A stretch of DNA of 64,000 nt from Bdellovibrionales bacterium (GCA_965116175.1 OZ220490.1:955537-1019536), one strand, 5' to 3'. Positions 30,566 to 41,857 are shown, counted from the first letter of the stretch. Numbers and translations are program-made. Notes: generated by a model not told the origin, from the letters alone.

Positions 30566-31780
30566 TTAAATATAGGAGCGGGACTTGATTTTTTCAATCA
30601 AAAACTCTTCAAGAACTCTTGGGTTTTTTGGATCAATAGCAAAAACTGATTGCTGTTCACAACGGCGCTTCTCCTTGATAAGCCATTTCAAAATAGCAGA
30701 TAAAGGTTTATTTTTCTTATTTTTAAAGAAGGGATCATTGGATAAAACATCACGAGCCTTTTTTAGAGCTCTGGCTTCAGAGGCATCCTTATCAGAAACC
30801 TCATAACAATCAAGATCATATTTTTTAACATCTTCAGGGAGCAGACCTAAAAAGTGAACTTCCGGCGCGCTAAAATCACTATTTCTTATTAAACTGCTGG
30901 CAGAACCCGCCTTTAATGTACGGTAAATATTTTGCAGTGTATAGGCATCCAAATCCCCATAAAAATAAATAGGACAACTGAGCTGGTTTTGAATGGTACG
31001 GCACCAGCCTCGCACACCATTGCTGGGGACTCCTTGAGCACCAATAACAATGCAGTTATTTCTCTTTGTCATGCCGTTACTTACAAGAGTATTGGCTGTG
31101 CCTTCTGACTCCACGACCAAACAGTAGTCAATCTTTCCTTTTTTCGCTTTTAACTCAAACTGTTGCGGTTTGTTTTTTGGTTGAAAAGGAGTTGTTCCCA
31201 GTGTACCTAAATCCACAACAGCTTTTGTGCCATCATCCAAATATTCTGTCACAACAAGATTTTTGGAATAAGTCTGTCCTCCCCTGTCATTGGCAAAACA
31301 ATTCATCTCCTCACGATAAACTTCAAACATATCACAAATAAAATCAATAATAGAATCACTATCACTTTGATCCTCAAAATTAAGAGGTTTGTAAAAAGCA
31401 TTTGATTTGATAAGACCCTTGGCAATATAATAAATTTCCCTTTTTGTATTCACAGCCCCTGAGCGAAGATTGCCTAGTATAATATCCATAAGAAACAGGC
31501 TTCTTGAAATTTTTTGAACAGAGGAGACATTAAGTTCTGAAGCAACCATTTTCCCCTTAGGAATAAGATAGCCTTTCTTAGGATCATATTCAGAATTGTC
31601 CAAAGAGCACTTAATGGATTTCAACACAGGGGGTTTTTTCTTTTGGAGATCTTTAAGCATTTCTTTACACAATTCCTGAGACCTTTTGGGTATATTTTTA
31701 ACCGGCCGGTTAAAAAATGATTTATTTTTTTTAGAGCCTGTTTGTTTGGTTTTTTTTAAAGCCATTGTTCTTTCTCTCAT
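30566..31780 (-). CDS. top6A: DNA topoisomerase VI subunit A (Spo11-like)
   Basis: TKREIYY (catalytic Tyr), FEDQSDSD, TOPRIM VVESE, GAQGVP and GDLDAY. Confidence 0.92.
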   Translation of the reverse strand: MRERTMALKKTKQTGSKKNKSFFNRPVKNIPKRSQELCKEMLKDLQKKKPPVLKSIKCSLDNSEYDPKKGYLIPKGKMVASELNVSSVQKISRSLFLMDIILGNLRSGAVNTKREIYYIAKGLIKSNAFYKPLNFEDQSDSDSIIDFICDMFEVYREEMNCFANDRGGQTYSKNLVVTEYLDDGTKAVVDLGTLGTTPFQPKNKPQQFELKAKKGKIDYCLVVESEGTANTLVSNGMTKRNNCIVIGAQGVPSNGVRGWCRTIQNQLSCPIYFYGDLDAYTLQNIYRTLKAGSASSLIRNSDFSAPEVHFLGLLPEDVKKYDLDCYEVSDKDASEARALKKARDVLSNDPFFKNKKNKPLSAILKWLIKEKRRCEQQSVFAIDPKNPRVLEEFLIEKIKSRSYI

Positions 31781-31902
31781 ATTAGGTTTTTTAATAAATT
31801 TCCTTTTATATAGTCAGTTTGTAAATTAAATCTATCTCCTATTCTATCGTTTTTTCCTTTAAAAACTGCCTGTTATTTTTAAACTCAGGGTTTACCCCGC
31901 AG

Positions 31903-33750
31903 TCAGGCTGTTTTTGTCTTCTTGACAGTTTTCTTGTTTTTCATTTTCTTTTTTCTCTTTACAGCAAGTTTTTTAATTTTCTTTTGGATTTGTTTTTTAG
32001 AGGATCTATCACCTTTACCAAATTGAGAATCTTTTGTATCTAATGATGAAGATGAGTCCTCTTCAGAATTTTTAAGAAAATCAACTTTATCTTCGGCTTG
32101 TTCCTCTTCAGATGAATGAGAAAATCTGTTTTGAGCTTGTCTTTTAGCCTTCATCCCCTCTAATTGCATCTGCGCCTCTCCCAAAGCTTTTTCAGCCTCA
32201 AGAGCATCTTTTGAGAGAATGGCATAAAGCCCCTTTTTCCCTTTTTCAATTTCCGCTTTGCCGGCGCCGGTGATATCCTTTATTTTACAAATTAAGATAG
32301 GAGCAAATTTTTCTATATATTGCTTTTTTCTTAAAAGATCTTCTGTGTTTTTTTCTTTACGGATATGTTTTTTTAGCTTTTGTCCGGTCTGCATAAGGGC
32401 AAGGCGTATTTCCTCCACAAGCTCTTCACTGGCGTCAATGGTCTCCTTAGAGGCATTTTTAAATTTTATAAAAGGGGATGTAACAGCTATAGCAAATACA
32501 AAAGGTCCTGTTGGCAGGGATTTTTTTGACTGCGAGAGGCCGTAAGCCCTCCAGTTGACAGACTCCACAGCTTTGGTGATAGCGCAAGAGGCTTTATCAA
32601 ACTGTAAAGGGACTCTATTAGCAAAACGAAGAAGTTGAACAGATTCATCCTGTTTGCTTTTATCTTTCAAACGGGCTATAGCCACTTCCACCACAACAGA
32701 TTTATAATCACATATACGAGGCTTTCTAGTGATTACACTAAAGAAATCAATATCACCCAAACGGTGAATGCTCTCAGCAAGAACCTCCTCCCCAACAGCC
32801 AAAACAGATTTTGTAGAAGGGTTAGATAGAGACACTTTATGGAGAGTGGAAAAGATTTTTTTATATTCCTGCTCCCCTATATCTGTAAGAAATTTTTTTA
32901 AAAGCCGGGGGGGTAGCCCTTCCTGTATCATTTGCCTCAAGCTATTATCTGTTATCCGGGAAAAACCTGTTTTCAAAAATTTCTTAAAAGTGATTCGTCC
33001 GTAAAGTCCGGCATGTTGTAAAAATTCACCCAACTTCATAGTATGGGGATGAGGCAAAGCAGAAGGGGGAATTTGTGGAACTGTGTCACTAACCCTTTGA
33101 ATATGACGAGGCTCCTGATCCAAAAGCGCATATTCCATCTCCAAATGAGGATTTACAAGAGCTGTCCCCTCCAAGTAAGTGATAAGCCCTCCCTCTCCCC
33201 TTAGTTGAACACGGCCATCAATAAAAAATTCAACCTTCAGACCATGTTTTTTATCAGCAGGAATCTTTTTCTTATGCTTTAAAATCCCCTTGTTGTTTTT
33301 TATATCCATATCCACTACAACAGAAAGGGCCTCTCTCATGCCCTTGGTCTTGCTTATAACATGAACCCCTCTGGCATTTGTGAGCTGCGCCCAGGTGGTG
33401 GCCGCTGAGATTCCAATCCCCTGCTGACCTCTGGAACAGCGCCCTTTGCCAAATTTGGAAGAAGCCAAATATTCTCCAAAAACCCTTTGTATGTTTTTTT
33501 CCTCCAAACCAGGGCCATTATCCTCAACAGCAATAGATATAAGGTCTGTATTTCTGGAAGAACCCGGCCCCTCTTTTTTAATTTGGATTTTGATTTCAGG
33601 GGCAATACCTGAATCCTCACAGGCATCCAAAGAATTATCAACAGACTCTTTTAGAGTAGTAAGGACAGCCTTTGTAGGAGAAGAAAAACCAACCTGTTGC
33701 AAGTTTTTTGAAAAATACTCGGCTGTACTGCTCTTTGTAATTTTTTGCAT
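31903..33750 (-). CDS. top6B: DNA topoisomerase VI subunit B
   Basis: KESVDNSLDACE, VEDNGPG, SRGQQGIGIS, LRFANRVPL. Confidence 0.95.
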   Translation of the reverse strand: MQKITKSSTAEYFSKNLQQVGFSSPTKAVLTTLKESVDNSLDACEDSGIAPEIKIQIKKEGPGSSRNTDLISIAVEDNGPGLEEKNIQRVFGEYLASSKFGKGRCSRGQQGIGISAATTWAQLTNARGVHVISKTKGMREALSVVVDMDIKNNKGILKHKKKIPADKKHGLKVEFFIDGRVQLRGEGGLITYLEGTALVNPHLEMEYALLDQEPRHIQRVSDTVPQIPPSALPHPHTMKLGEFLQHAGLYGRITFKKFLKTGFSRITDNSLRQMIQEGLPPRLLKKFLTDIGEQEYKKIFSTLHKVSLSNPSTKSVLAVGEEVLAESIHRLGDIDFFSVITRKPRICDYKSVVVEVAIARLKDKSKQDESVQLLRFANRVPLQFDKASCAITKAVESVNWRAYGLSQSKKSLPTGPFVFAIAVTSPFIKFKNASKETIDASEELVEEIRLALMQTGQKLKKHIRKEKNTEDLLRKKQYIEKFAPILICKIKDITGAGKAEIEKGKKGLYAILSKDALEAEKALGEAQMQLEGMKAKRQAQNRFSHSSEEEQAEDKVDFLKNSEEDSSSSLDTKDSQFGKGDRSSKKQIQKKIKKLAVKRKKKMKNKKTVKKTKTA

Positions 33751-33773
33751 ACTTGACTATATAAACCCTGCTT

Positions 33774-34061
33774 TTAAGGTTTTTTCAATTTTAACTCGAC
33801 TAAAGTTTTAAAGGATTTTTCACTGTTGCACTTCTTACAGGATACAACAACATTGTTTTTACCTGTTTTCCCGCCGCGAATCAAGGGGGTAAGATGATCC
33901 ATTGTCAGGCCTTTGGGGGGGAATGTTTGTTCACAATGATAACAAATCCCCTGCTGTATTTTGCTTTTCCACCAGGAGGTTTTTTTAAGTTTTCCAGCCT
34001 TTTCCCTCTCTCTTTTTATATGAGAGGCGTCTTCTGGCATAAAAAGATCATTCATCAACAA
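33774..34061 (-). CDS. Small HNH endonuclease family protein
   Basis: CYHC...LTMDHLTPLIRGG...NVVVSCKKCN. Confidence 0.9.
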   Translation of the reverse strand: MLMNDLFMPEDASHIKREREKAGKLKKTSWWKSKIQQGICYHCEQTFPPKGLTMDHLTPLIRGGKTGKNNVVVSCKKCNSEKSFKTLVELKLKKP

Positions 34062-34399
34062 GAAATGAACAAAAAATAGAAAGTTTTGTCAAGTGTCCTG
34101 ATCCCCATTTCACCATAAAGCTTTACTTTAATTTTAGAACTTGTATATATTATTGTTAAAAATTATTAGAAATAAACCTCTTAAGTTATCTCAAACCATT
34201 TATAAAGCTATCATAAATACTGAGAAAAATAATAAAGAGTATAAAAAACTTTTTAAGAAAAATATCAGCAAAGACCTCATAAAAGATATAACGGCATCCT
34301 CTTATAAAAAGTTAAGAGGATACATTCTACCCGTATGAAATGACTTTATAAAAATTTAAAAGTTATTACTAACTGATATTTTTTAAAGTCTTGTTTAAA

Positions 34400-35341
34400 T
34401 TAAAGAGGGTAAACCGGGCTTTTTGGCACTCTAATTTTAACTTCTTTTTCACCCACTTTAATACGATTTGTTTGAAACTTTGCATTTAATCTTCTCAACT
34501 CCTTATAAGATACACCAAAATATTCTGCAAGAACAGAAAAGGTAATGGAATTCCTAAGAGAAACTTCCTCAAACTCTACAGGAGGATGATATTTTAATTC
34601 ATAAAAACCATAGGCTTGAGGTCTTATAGCAATTGTTCTCATAGCAATAACTTTAGGAACAAAATTTTCTGTTTCTTTAAGATTTGCTTTTATGAAAGCC
34701 CTTTGCTTCACTAAATTCCAAAAATCGATGCTATTGTGGGCGCTTATAATATTTCCCATGTTGCCTTCTCCACCATTATAGGCTGCTATAGTTAAAGGCC
34801 AATTTCCAAAATTATAATAGAGATATTTTAAATAATTTGCTGATATTATAGTAGATGCAGCAAGGTCACATCTGTCATCCACCTCATCATCCACTCTCAT
34901 ACCAAGCCATTTAGCGGTAGTTTTTATAAACTGCCAGTAACCGCGCGCGCCCTTAGGACTTGTCTGACAAGGCTCAAAAGGCGATTCCACCATGGCTATA
35001 TAAAATAAATCTACAGGGAGGCCCTCCTCTCTAAAAAAACCTTGCATAAAATCAATGTAACGGTTGGAGCGCTCCAGTCGTATTTTCATATCCTCTCGGC
35101 CAGCCCCTCTTGAATAATAGTCTATCCAATAATTGACATACTCATTGTCACCTGTTGGAAAACTATCATACTGAATAGCCTCTCTATCACGATATACCTC
35201 ATGATCAGACCATAAAGAGGGGTTAAAAGGCCCTGCAAAAAGCCCTGAAGCTGATGGAAAAGAATCACGAACTTGCAAAGGAGAGCAGGCTCCAAAAAGA
35301 AAAAAAGTAAAAAAAATAAAAAGTATTACAGGGAGCTTCAC
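34400..35341 (-). CDS. Lytic transglycosylase (MltD-like) lipoprotein
   Basis: Lipobox FGAC, AMVES, ARGYWQF, AAYNGGEG, LysM-like tail. Confidence 0.9.
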   Translation of the reverse strand: MKLPVILFIFFTFFLFGACSPLQVRDSFPSASGLFAGPFNPSLWSDHEVYRDREAIQYDSFPTGDNEYVNYWIDYYSRGAGREDMKIRLERSNRYIDFMQGFFREEGLPVDLFYIAMVESPFEPCQTSPKGARGYWQFIKTTAKWLGMRVDDEVDDRCDLAASTIISANYLKYLYYNFGNWPLTIAAYNGGEGNMGNIISAHNSIDFWNLVKQRAFIKANLKETENFVPKVIAMRTIAIRPQAYGFYELKYHPPVEFEEVSLRNSITFSVLAEYFGVSYKELRRLNAKFQTNRIKVGEKEVKIRVPKSPVYPL

Positions 35342-35693
35342 TAAAGCCTTAATCGGTTTTTTATAAAAACCAATTTAAAGCTTTTGTTTACAATTTAATT
35401 TTTATTTTAGAGTTAAACTAAAGCTTATACATAAAAAATAAATTACTTATTGATTCAATAAATATCATCTGTTGAAAAATTATTATAGTAAGGCTCTTAT
35501 ACACCTCATGATCAAAGCATAAAGCTCTGTTGCGAACTTAATTTATAGGGATCAGTCACATCTACACCTCATGATTAAAACATAAAAGAGGGGTTAAATG
35601 AAAGCTCTTATACTAAACCTCTAGCAATTAAACTTAAAAAGATTAAAAATTACAAAAGCTAAAAAGCAAGTAATTTTAAACATGTATCTTAAT

Positions 35694-36119
35694 TTAAGAT
35701 GGTTTTGAAATTAATAAAAAAACTTTCGCATATTGAAGAATTTGATCTAAAAGAGCTTGCAGGCCGTTAGTCCTGCGTGAGCTTAAAAATTGATTCAACT
35801 CCAATTTCTCAATGAATAAAGGTTTCTCTTTTAGAATTTTTTCAGGGCTTTTGTCTGTATAAAATTCAATAACAAGAGCAAGTATTCCCTTGGTGATTAA
35901 TCCTTCACTGTCCCCCGAAAAAATTAAATTTCCCGATCCACTTCTTTCAACCTTTAACCACAGTGGAGATTGGCAGCCCTTAATAAACCACTTATCTTGT
36001 TTATCCTCTTCATTAAATTGTTCAAGTTTTTTCCCTAACTCAATAATTTTCCTATAGTTTTCCTCCCATGAGTTATCAGAGGGAAAATGTTTCATAATTA
36101 TTTGGTCTCTATCTATCAT
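35694..36119 (-). CDS. sufE: SufE family Fe-S sulfur-transfer protein
   Basis: WEENYRKIIELGKKL, IKGCQSPLW, LSSRRTNGL. Confidence 0.92.
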   Translation of the reverse strand: MIDRDQIIMKHFPSDNSWEENYRKIIELGKKLEQFNEEDKQDKWFIKGCQSPLWLKVERSGSGNLIFSGDSEGLITKGILALVIEFYTDKSPEKILKEKPLFIEKLELNQFLSSRRTNGLQALLDQILQYAKVFLLISKPS

Positions 36120-36383
36120 GTCTTATCCTGCTTTCTATCTTAAAATTTATTCTGCTTTAAAACAAGCCAAGTAAGCTATAGAAATGGATTCTGACAAGTG
36201 GGCTGCAATTTAATAATCTTTAAATTTCTTCTTAAAAACAGAGATAGAAGCACAATTTTCCCCCAACATTTATAAATTCTCCTCTTTAAATTTAAGTAAA
36301 AATGTCTTGATCTAAAAGACAGTAAATTTTAAAATAAATCCAGCTGTCCAAGTCAGCTTCTACCATTATAAAAGAAGGTTTTT

Positions 36384-37115
36384 ATGCCAAGTTTGCCTTT
36401 AATACTTATCCTTGTTTTTGTATTGAGCTGCAATACATTAAACAAACAAGCAAAAGATATAGAGATAGCTTTTAATGCAGCAAGAAGCATAAGCTCATAT
36501 ATAGAAAGAGAGTCAAAAGAGCCAGAAATAACAGGAGGCGGAGTAAATAATATAATTCCTATTCAAACACCTCAAAGGAAGCAAGAACTCTATTATAGCT
36601 CAAGCCGCAGAGAGGTCAGTATAAATAATGCCACTAACCCTTCTAGGGTAAAGTGTGATCTTATTTTTGGGATGAAAATGATAGTAATAGATTTGTCTCA
36701 AAATATAATACTGGTTAAAGTATTTACTAACACAGGAGATCTGACTACATGCAAAGTCTATGATGAGATTATTTTGCCAATACATTTTTTAAAATATTTG
36801 TCAGAGACCAGACCAATTTTTATCCCTTATGATTGGAATAAACTTTACTCTTTAAGCAGTTCAGGCAATCTTACCAGAGATCAAACTGTCTATTATGCTG
36901 GAGGATATAAAAACTATGTTAATAAAATAAGTTATTCCAACCCCTATCCTGATAAATGTTACCTAGAACTCAGAACAAAAATGCAAATACTTGGTTTTTC
37001 TCAAAATGAACAGTCTGTATGGGTTGAGGTGCTGGATGAAAGACCAAAACATTCATGCACAGCCGAAGATCAATTCATTTTGCTTAAATCCACTCTTTCA
37101 ATAGATGAGTTTTAA
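36384..37115 (+). CDS. Hypothetical lipoprotein
   Basis: Lipobox VLSC; two similar Cys-bounded segments. Confidence 0.7.
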   Translation: MPSLPLILILVFVLSCNTLNKQAKDIEIAFNAARSISSYIERESKEPEITGGGVNNIIPIQTPQRKQELYYSSSRREVSINNATNPSRVKCDLIFGMKMIVIDLSQNIILVKVFTNTGDLTTCKVYDEIILPIHFLKYLSETRPIFIPYDWNKLYSLSSSGNLTRDQTVYYAGGYKNYVNKISYSNPYPDKCYLELRTKMQILGFSQNEQSVWVEVLDERPKHSCTAEDQFILLKSTLSIDEF

Positions 37116-37293
37116 ATAATGTTTCCACAGATCATTAATAAAACCTCAAATAATTATAAATTTTAATGTTTGTAAAATTTATAAAATGATTTGCAAAAAT
37201 AGCAAATTGTTGTATAAAAGTTTTAAATTGTTATCATAGTTTATGGAGATTCTATGAAACAAGTAAACTCAAAGATTTACCAAATTATCTTGT

Positions 37294-37457
37294 TCCTGAG
37301 TTCACCCTCTCAAAGGCCCTGGTTCCTGTAAATCATTGATTTTACTATGTTTTGTTTATTTCATAGGACATGCTAGGAAAAAATAACCCCCTCTGTGTTT
37401 ATGAAGGTTTTAAAATATTATAATGCCAGACTAAAGAGGAAAAGAGCGAACTCAGGA
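37294..37457. mobile_element. MITE-like element, family B
   Basis: TIR TCCTGAGTTC / GAACTCAGGA; inverted homolog at 39480-39634. Confidence 0.75.
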
Positions 37458-37492
37458 GCAAGTTATCCCATTGAAATGGGGGTCAGAACACA

Positions 37493-37675
37493 ATGAAAAA
37501 AATTATGGAATTTTTTTTTGGAAAAAAATATCCCATTTTTAATAAAGAAGGGGAAATAAGACATCATAGAGAGAGTTTTTTTAAAACATGGAAAGAATCC
37601 TACACAAAGAATCCGGAAAAGAATTGGAGAAATCACACAGGAATGTTTTTTAAAGATAAAAAGCCCAAACCTTGA
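37493..37675 (+). CDS. Small hypothetical protein
   Basis: 60-aa ORF with plausible composition. Confidence 0.5.
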   Translation: MKKIMEFFFGKKYPIFNKEGEIRHHRESFFKTWKESYTKNPEKNWRNHTGMFFKDKKPKP

Positions 37676-37687
37676 TTAAAAAACAAA

Positions 37688-38347
37688 TTAAACAAGAGTA
37701 ATATCTTTAAGTTCAGGAGATATATCCAGGCTGCCCTCTGTAACGGATTGAATATCCTCCACACTCATATCAGGAGCCTTTTCCAGCAGCAAAAAACCCT
37801 CGTCTGTTACATCCAAAACAGCTAAATCTGTTACAATACGGTGGACACATTTTAAACCCGTAAAAGGCAGACTGCATTTTTTAACTAATTTAGACCTTCC
37901 TTTCTTATCCTGATGTTTCATGGCCACAATAACTCTTTTTGATCCAGCCACAAGGTCCATAGCCCCGCCCATGCCTTTAACCATTTTTCCCGGCACCATC
38001 CAATTGGCCAGGCTGCCCTCCTCATCCACCTGCAAGGCGCCAAGAACACTTAAATCCAAATGAGAGCCTCTAATCATACCAAAACTTTCATCTGAGGAAA
38101 AAAAGCTGGCCCCTTTAACTGTAGTGACTGTTTGTTTTCCGGCATTAATAAGATCAGCTGAGACTTCAGATTCCAAAGGAAAAGGGCCTATACCTAAAAA
38201 GCCATTTTCACTGTGGAGTAAAACCTGTTTTTCCCTTGGAATATAATTAGCCACAAGAGTTGGAATGCCTATGCCCAAATTGACAATAAAGCCTTTTTGC
38301 ACTTCCTCGGCAATTCGTTTGGCAATTTGATTACGATCCAAAGCCAT
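37688..38347 (-). CDS. scoB: 3-oxoacid CoA-transferase subunit B
   Basis: VNLGIGIPT, SENG, GMGGAMDLV. Confidence 0.95.
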   Translation of the reverse strand: MALDRNQIAKRIAEEVQKGFIVNLGIGIPTLVANYIPREKQVLLHSENGFLGIGPFPLESEVSADLINAGKQTVTTVKGASFFSSDESFGMIRGSHLDLSVLGALQVDEEGSLANWMVPGKMVKGMGGAMDLVAGSKRVIVAMKHQDKKGRSKLVKKCSLPFTGLKCVHRIVTDLAVLDVTDEGFLLLEKAPDMSVEDIQSVTEGSLDISPELKDITLV

Positions 38348-38531
38348 TAAATTTTCCCTTTTTCTCTTTATTTCGCTTAATTTTTATCATTCACTTTTAA
38401 AAAATAATTATATTAATTTTTGTTCCTAAGTTTTCCGGTTTTCTCTCTTCTATAAAGTTCTATATTTTCAAGCATGATTGTTATAAAACACATTTACACT
38501 CTTTAATAATCTTTTCACCAATCAAAAACTT

Positions 38532-39227
38532 TTAAGGCTCTCTTACAGTTCTCTGTTCAATTCGTTTTTCATAATTCACTCCCTGAAAAATCCTTTGAAC
38601 AAAAATGGCAGGTGTATGAATAGCATCCGGATCCAACTCCCCTGGCTGAACAAGCTCCTCCACTTCAGCAATAGTCACTTGTCCCGCCATAGCCATAATC
38701 GGATTAAAATTACGCGCTGTTTGTCTATAAATAAGATTGCCAAACTTATCCCCCTTCCAAGCTTTAACAAGGGCAAAATCCCCCCCAAGCGCTCTTTCCA
38801 TAATATAATTTCTGCCATTAAATTCACGCTTTTCCTTTCCTTTCTCCACACGAGTTCCCACCCCTGTAGCTGTCCAAAAAGCAGGAATGCCAACACCTGA
38901 AGCTCTAATTCGCTCAACCAGAGTCCCTTGCGGGACAAGTTCAACTTCCAACTCTCCAGCCAGGCACTGAGCTTCAAACTCCTTATTTTCGCCCACATAA
39001 CTGGCTATCATTTTTTTAATTTGCCGGGTCTTTAGCAAAAGTCCCAAACCAAAATCATCCACACCCGCATTATTGGAAATACAGGTTAGGTTTTTAATGC
39101 CCCTTTGCTTTAAAGCTGAGATACAGTTTTCCGGAATTCCACAAAGGCCGAAGCCGCCAACAAGCAGACTCACACCCTCATGTATATCATTTATAGCTGA
39201 TAAAGCCCCTTTATAAACCTTGCTCAT
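38532..39227 (-). CDS. scoA: 3-oxoacid CoA-transferase subunit A
   Basis: [34 protein letters not shown]. Confidence 0.95.
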   Translation of the reverse strand: MSKVYKGALSAINDIHEGVSLLVGGFGLCGIPENCISALKQRGIKNLTCISNNAGVDDFGLGLLLKTRQIKKMIASYVGENKEFEAQCLAGELEVELVPQGTLVERIRASGVGIPAFWTATGVGTRVEKGKEKREFNGRNYIMERALGGDFALVKAWKGDKFGNLIYRQTARNFNPIMAMAGQVTIAEVEELVQPGELDPDAIHTPAIFVQRIFQGVNYEKRIEQRTVREP

Positions 39228-39479
39228 AAAAACCCTTAGAAATGATAAATTAATTCAAGTTTTACACTTTTCCATTTTATTTGTTCTAAATGATAATAAA
39301 ATATATAAAAACAAAAAAACAGCTTCATTAGGTTGTTTTCGGTATTTGCTTAAAAAGATTAAAATATTTTTTTGGATTTATTTGCAGTGTTCTCTTGAAT
39401 AACTGTATTTGCTTAAAAAACTAAAATATTTTTTAGATAAATTAAAAAGAGCACTTATTTAATTAAATAAGAACCTTAA

Positions 39480-39634
39480 TCCTGAGTTCGGCCTTTAGTC
39501 TGACATTACAATATTTTAAAACCTTTATAAATACAGGGAGTTTTATTTTTTTCCTAGTATGTCCTCTGACATAAACAAAACATAGTAAAATCAATCACTT
39601 ATAAGAATCAGGATTTTGAAGGGCGAACTCAGGA
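39480..39634. mobile_element. MITE-like element, family B, copy 2
   Basis: TCCTGAGTTCG...CGAACTCAGGA; interior is the diverged reverse complement of 37294-37457. Confidence 0.75.
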
Positions 39635-40576
39635 TTAAGGCTCAACAGTGGTGCTAATCCAACTGGGAGCTTTTTCTAACTCTCTAAAGAGTATCTGTAC
39701 TTTATTTCGTATTTGTTCTATTTTTTCCTGATGCTGTTCACATTGAGCTAAACTCACTTTACAGCTACTCGCTATTTGTATTCTTTCATTTTCTAAAGGA
39801 TAGGCCGCCTCTACAAAACTCAATAAAGCCTGGCATTCTATTTGCTGCGCTTTGTATACTAAAGCTTTTTTGTCTTCCCAAACAGAAAGAGCAGGTCTTT
39901 TTAAACAACGGATTGCCGCATCTCCCAGCTCTTGTAATATGTCTATAGTATCATCAGAATGAAAATCGTTATTTTCTATAATTTTTCCCGTAATTTCACT
40001 ATATAAATTGAAATAAAGTGCAGGTAATCTAGTAAATACATAATAACTAGTCGTATCTCTATATTCATGAAAGCTGATATATTTTATAGAGCTGCCTTCA
40101 GGATAAGGGGATATAGCTTCAATTTGATCTGCCGCTTTTTCATAGTAAGCAATAGCTTTATAGGTATTTTCTAAATTAGCCTCTTGATTATTGTCAAAAG
40201 ATTGATTTTTATCATAATAGGATCCTAAGACTTTTGTAGCTACTACATTTCCTTCTTCAGAAGCCATCCGCAGATGGTTTAACCCTTCACTATATCTTCC
40301 TATACATATAGCAGTAGTTCCTAATGTATATCTAATTCTAGGTGTTAAGTTATTCTTTTGTATTTCCAATACGCTATTATAAAACTCTACAGTGTGTGTA
40401 TCTATACATTGAATTGTATTTACTACTCCATAGCTGTTTAAAGAGAAAAAAAAGCTTAAAATTAAAATTCCCACTGTTATAACTTTTTTTATTGTCGTCC
40501 CTTTTTCTAAATAGAAATAAAAACCTGGATAAAAATAAAAACAGCTTTTGTTTCTTAAATCTTTTGTTTTTTCCAT
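39635..40576 (-). CDS. Secreted Sel1-like protein, distant relative of 13865/15426/56188
   Basis: ASEEGNVVATKVLGSYY, KAIAYYEKAA; shared RCL..P, CQ.L, PLE..R and SC...C pattern. True start is probably downstream of 40576. Confidence 0.75.
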   Translation of the reverse strand: MEKTKDLRNKSCFYFYPGFYFYLEKGTTIKKVITVGILILSFFFSLNSYGVVNTIQCIDTHTVEFYNSVLEIQKNNLTPRIRYTLGTTAICIGRYSEGLNHLRMASEEGNVVATKVLGSYYDKNQSFDNNQEANLENTYKAIAYYEKAADQIEAISPYPEGSSIKYISFHEYRDTTSYYVFTRLPALYFNLYSEITGKIIENNDFHSDDTIDILQELGDAAIRCLKRPALSVWEDKKALVYKAQQIECQALLSFVEAAYPLENERIQIASSCKVSLAQCEQHQEKIEQIRNKVQILFRELEKAPSWISTTVEP

Positions 40577-41200
40577 ATTTTATTCTCCCTTTAGTTTTAG
40601 TTTATAATGACTTAAGAAAAACAACTCTTTCTCTTAAATCTTTTATTTTGGTTCAAGATGACTTAAGAGGATTATTTTTTACCAATTTTAATATCAGTTT
40701 ATATAAATTTTCTTTTCTATGATTGAATCTAAACTCACATTCTTTAAAATGCAAGTAAAAAATCTGGGAGATTTTTTCAAGTTTTTTTTATCCATTCCTC
40801 TAAACTTATAAACCCTCACTTTAGCTATACCCCAAAAGTTCTCTATCCCATTTATGTGCTTCTTTATCCTCCCTTTTTTTAGATACTAAACTCACATTTC
40901 CTAAACTTTCCACCTCTTTTAAAATCTCTAACTTCTCCTATTCACTATATCTTCTCATCTTCAAACCCTCCTCTTTTTTAAACTTTTATCTCATAGATGA
41001 ACTCGTCATCTTTGTCCACACTATACAGGGGGTCAAGAGGACCAAACAATCATAAGTTTTAAATCCATCTGTAAAAACAATAGCTGACTTAGATATTCTT
41101 TAATTTATAAGAAAGGGGATTAATGATTTTTTAAATTCTTTTTTTATCTAGTAATTTAAACATACTTATAGTATAATAATAATAATGTAAGGAGTATAAA

Positions 41201-41857
41201 ATGAATAAATCAACAATTCCTGCTTCAGATGAAATTTGGAGTATCCTAAAGGAAAACAGCCAGCAGATTAAAGAGCTTTCTGCTGAAACAAGCCAGAAGA
41301 TCAAAGAGTTCTCTGCTGAAACAAGCCAGAAGATCAAAGAGTTCTCTGCTGAAACAAGTCAGAAGATCAAAGAGTTCTCTGCTGAAACAAACCAGCAAAT
41401 AAAAGAAACTCATAAAGGCTTGAGAGAAGCCAGAGATCTTTTTACCTCTCAATGGGGAAAGCTCATAGAAAGTCTTGTGGAAGGGGAGTTGGTCAAACTG
41501 CTTAATGAAAAAGGCATAGATGTAGACTCCACCTCAACAAATATGAAAGGGGAATACAATGGCCAGAATTGGGAGCTTGATATTGTGGCTATCAATGGAA
41601 CAGAAGTTGTCCTTGTAGAGGTGAAAACAACTTTAAAAGTTAAGGATATTGAATATTTTAGAAAAAAGTTGAATGTTTTTACAACTTGGAGACCGGAGTA
41701 TAAAGGTAAAAAAGTTTATGGAGCTGTAGCTTATTTGAGAGCTGATGAAAATTCAGCAAAGCATGCTGAAAAACAGGGTTTGTTTGTTATTAGAGCCACT
41801 GGCAACAGCGCTAGTATCATCAATAAAAAAGATTTTAAGCCAAAAGCTTTTTCTTAA
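41201..41857 (+). CDS. Coiled-coil + PD-(D/E)XK nuclease-like protein with 33-bp tandem repeats
   Basis: About four ETSQKIKEFSA repeats; ELDIVA...VEVKT; paralog of 20126. Confidence 0.8.
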   Translation: MNKSTIPASDEIWSILKENSQQIKELSAETSQKIKEFSAETSQKIKEFSAETSQKIKEFSAETNQQIKETHKGLREARDLFTSQWGKLIESLVEGELVKLLNEKGIDVDSTSTNMKGEYNGQNWELDIVAINGTEVVLVEVKTTLKVKDIEYFRKKLNVFTTWRPEYKGKKVYGAVAYLRADENSAKHAEKQGLFVIRATGNSASIINKKDFKPKAFS

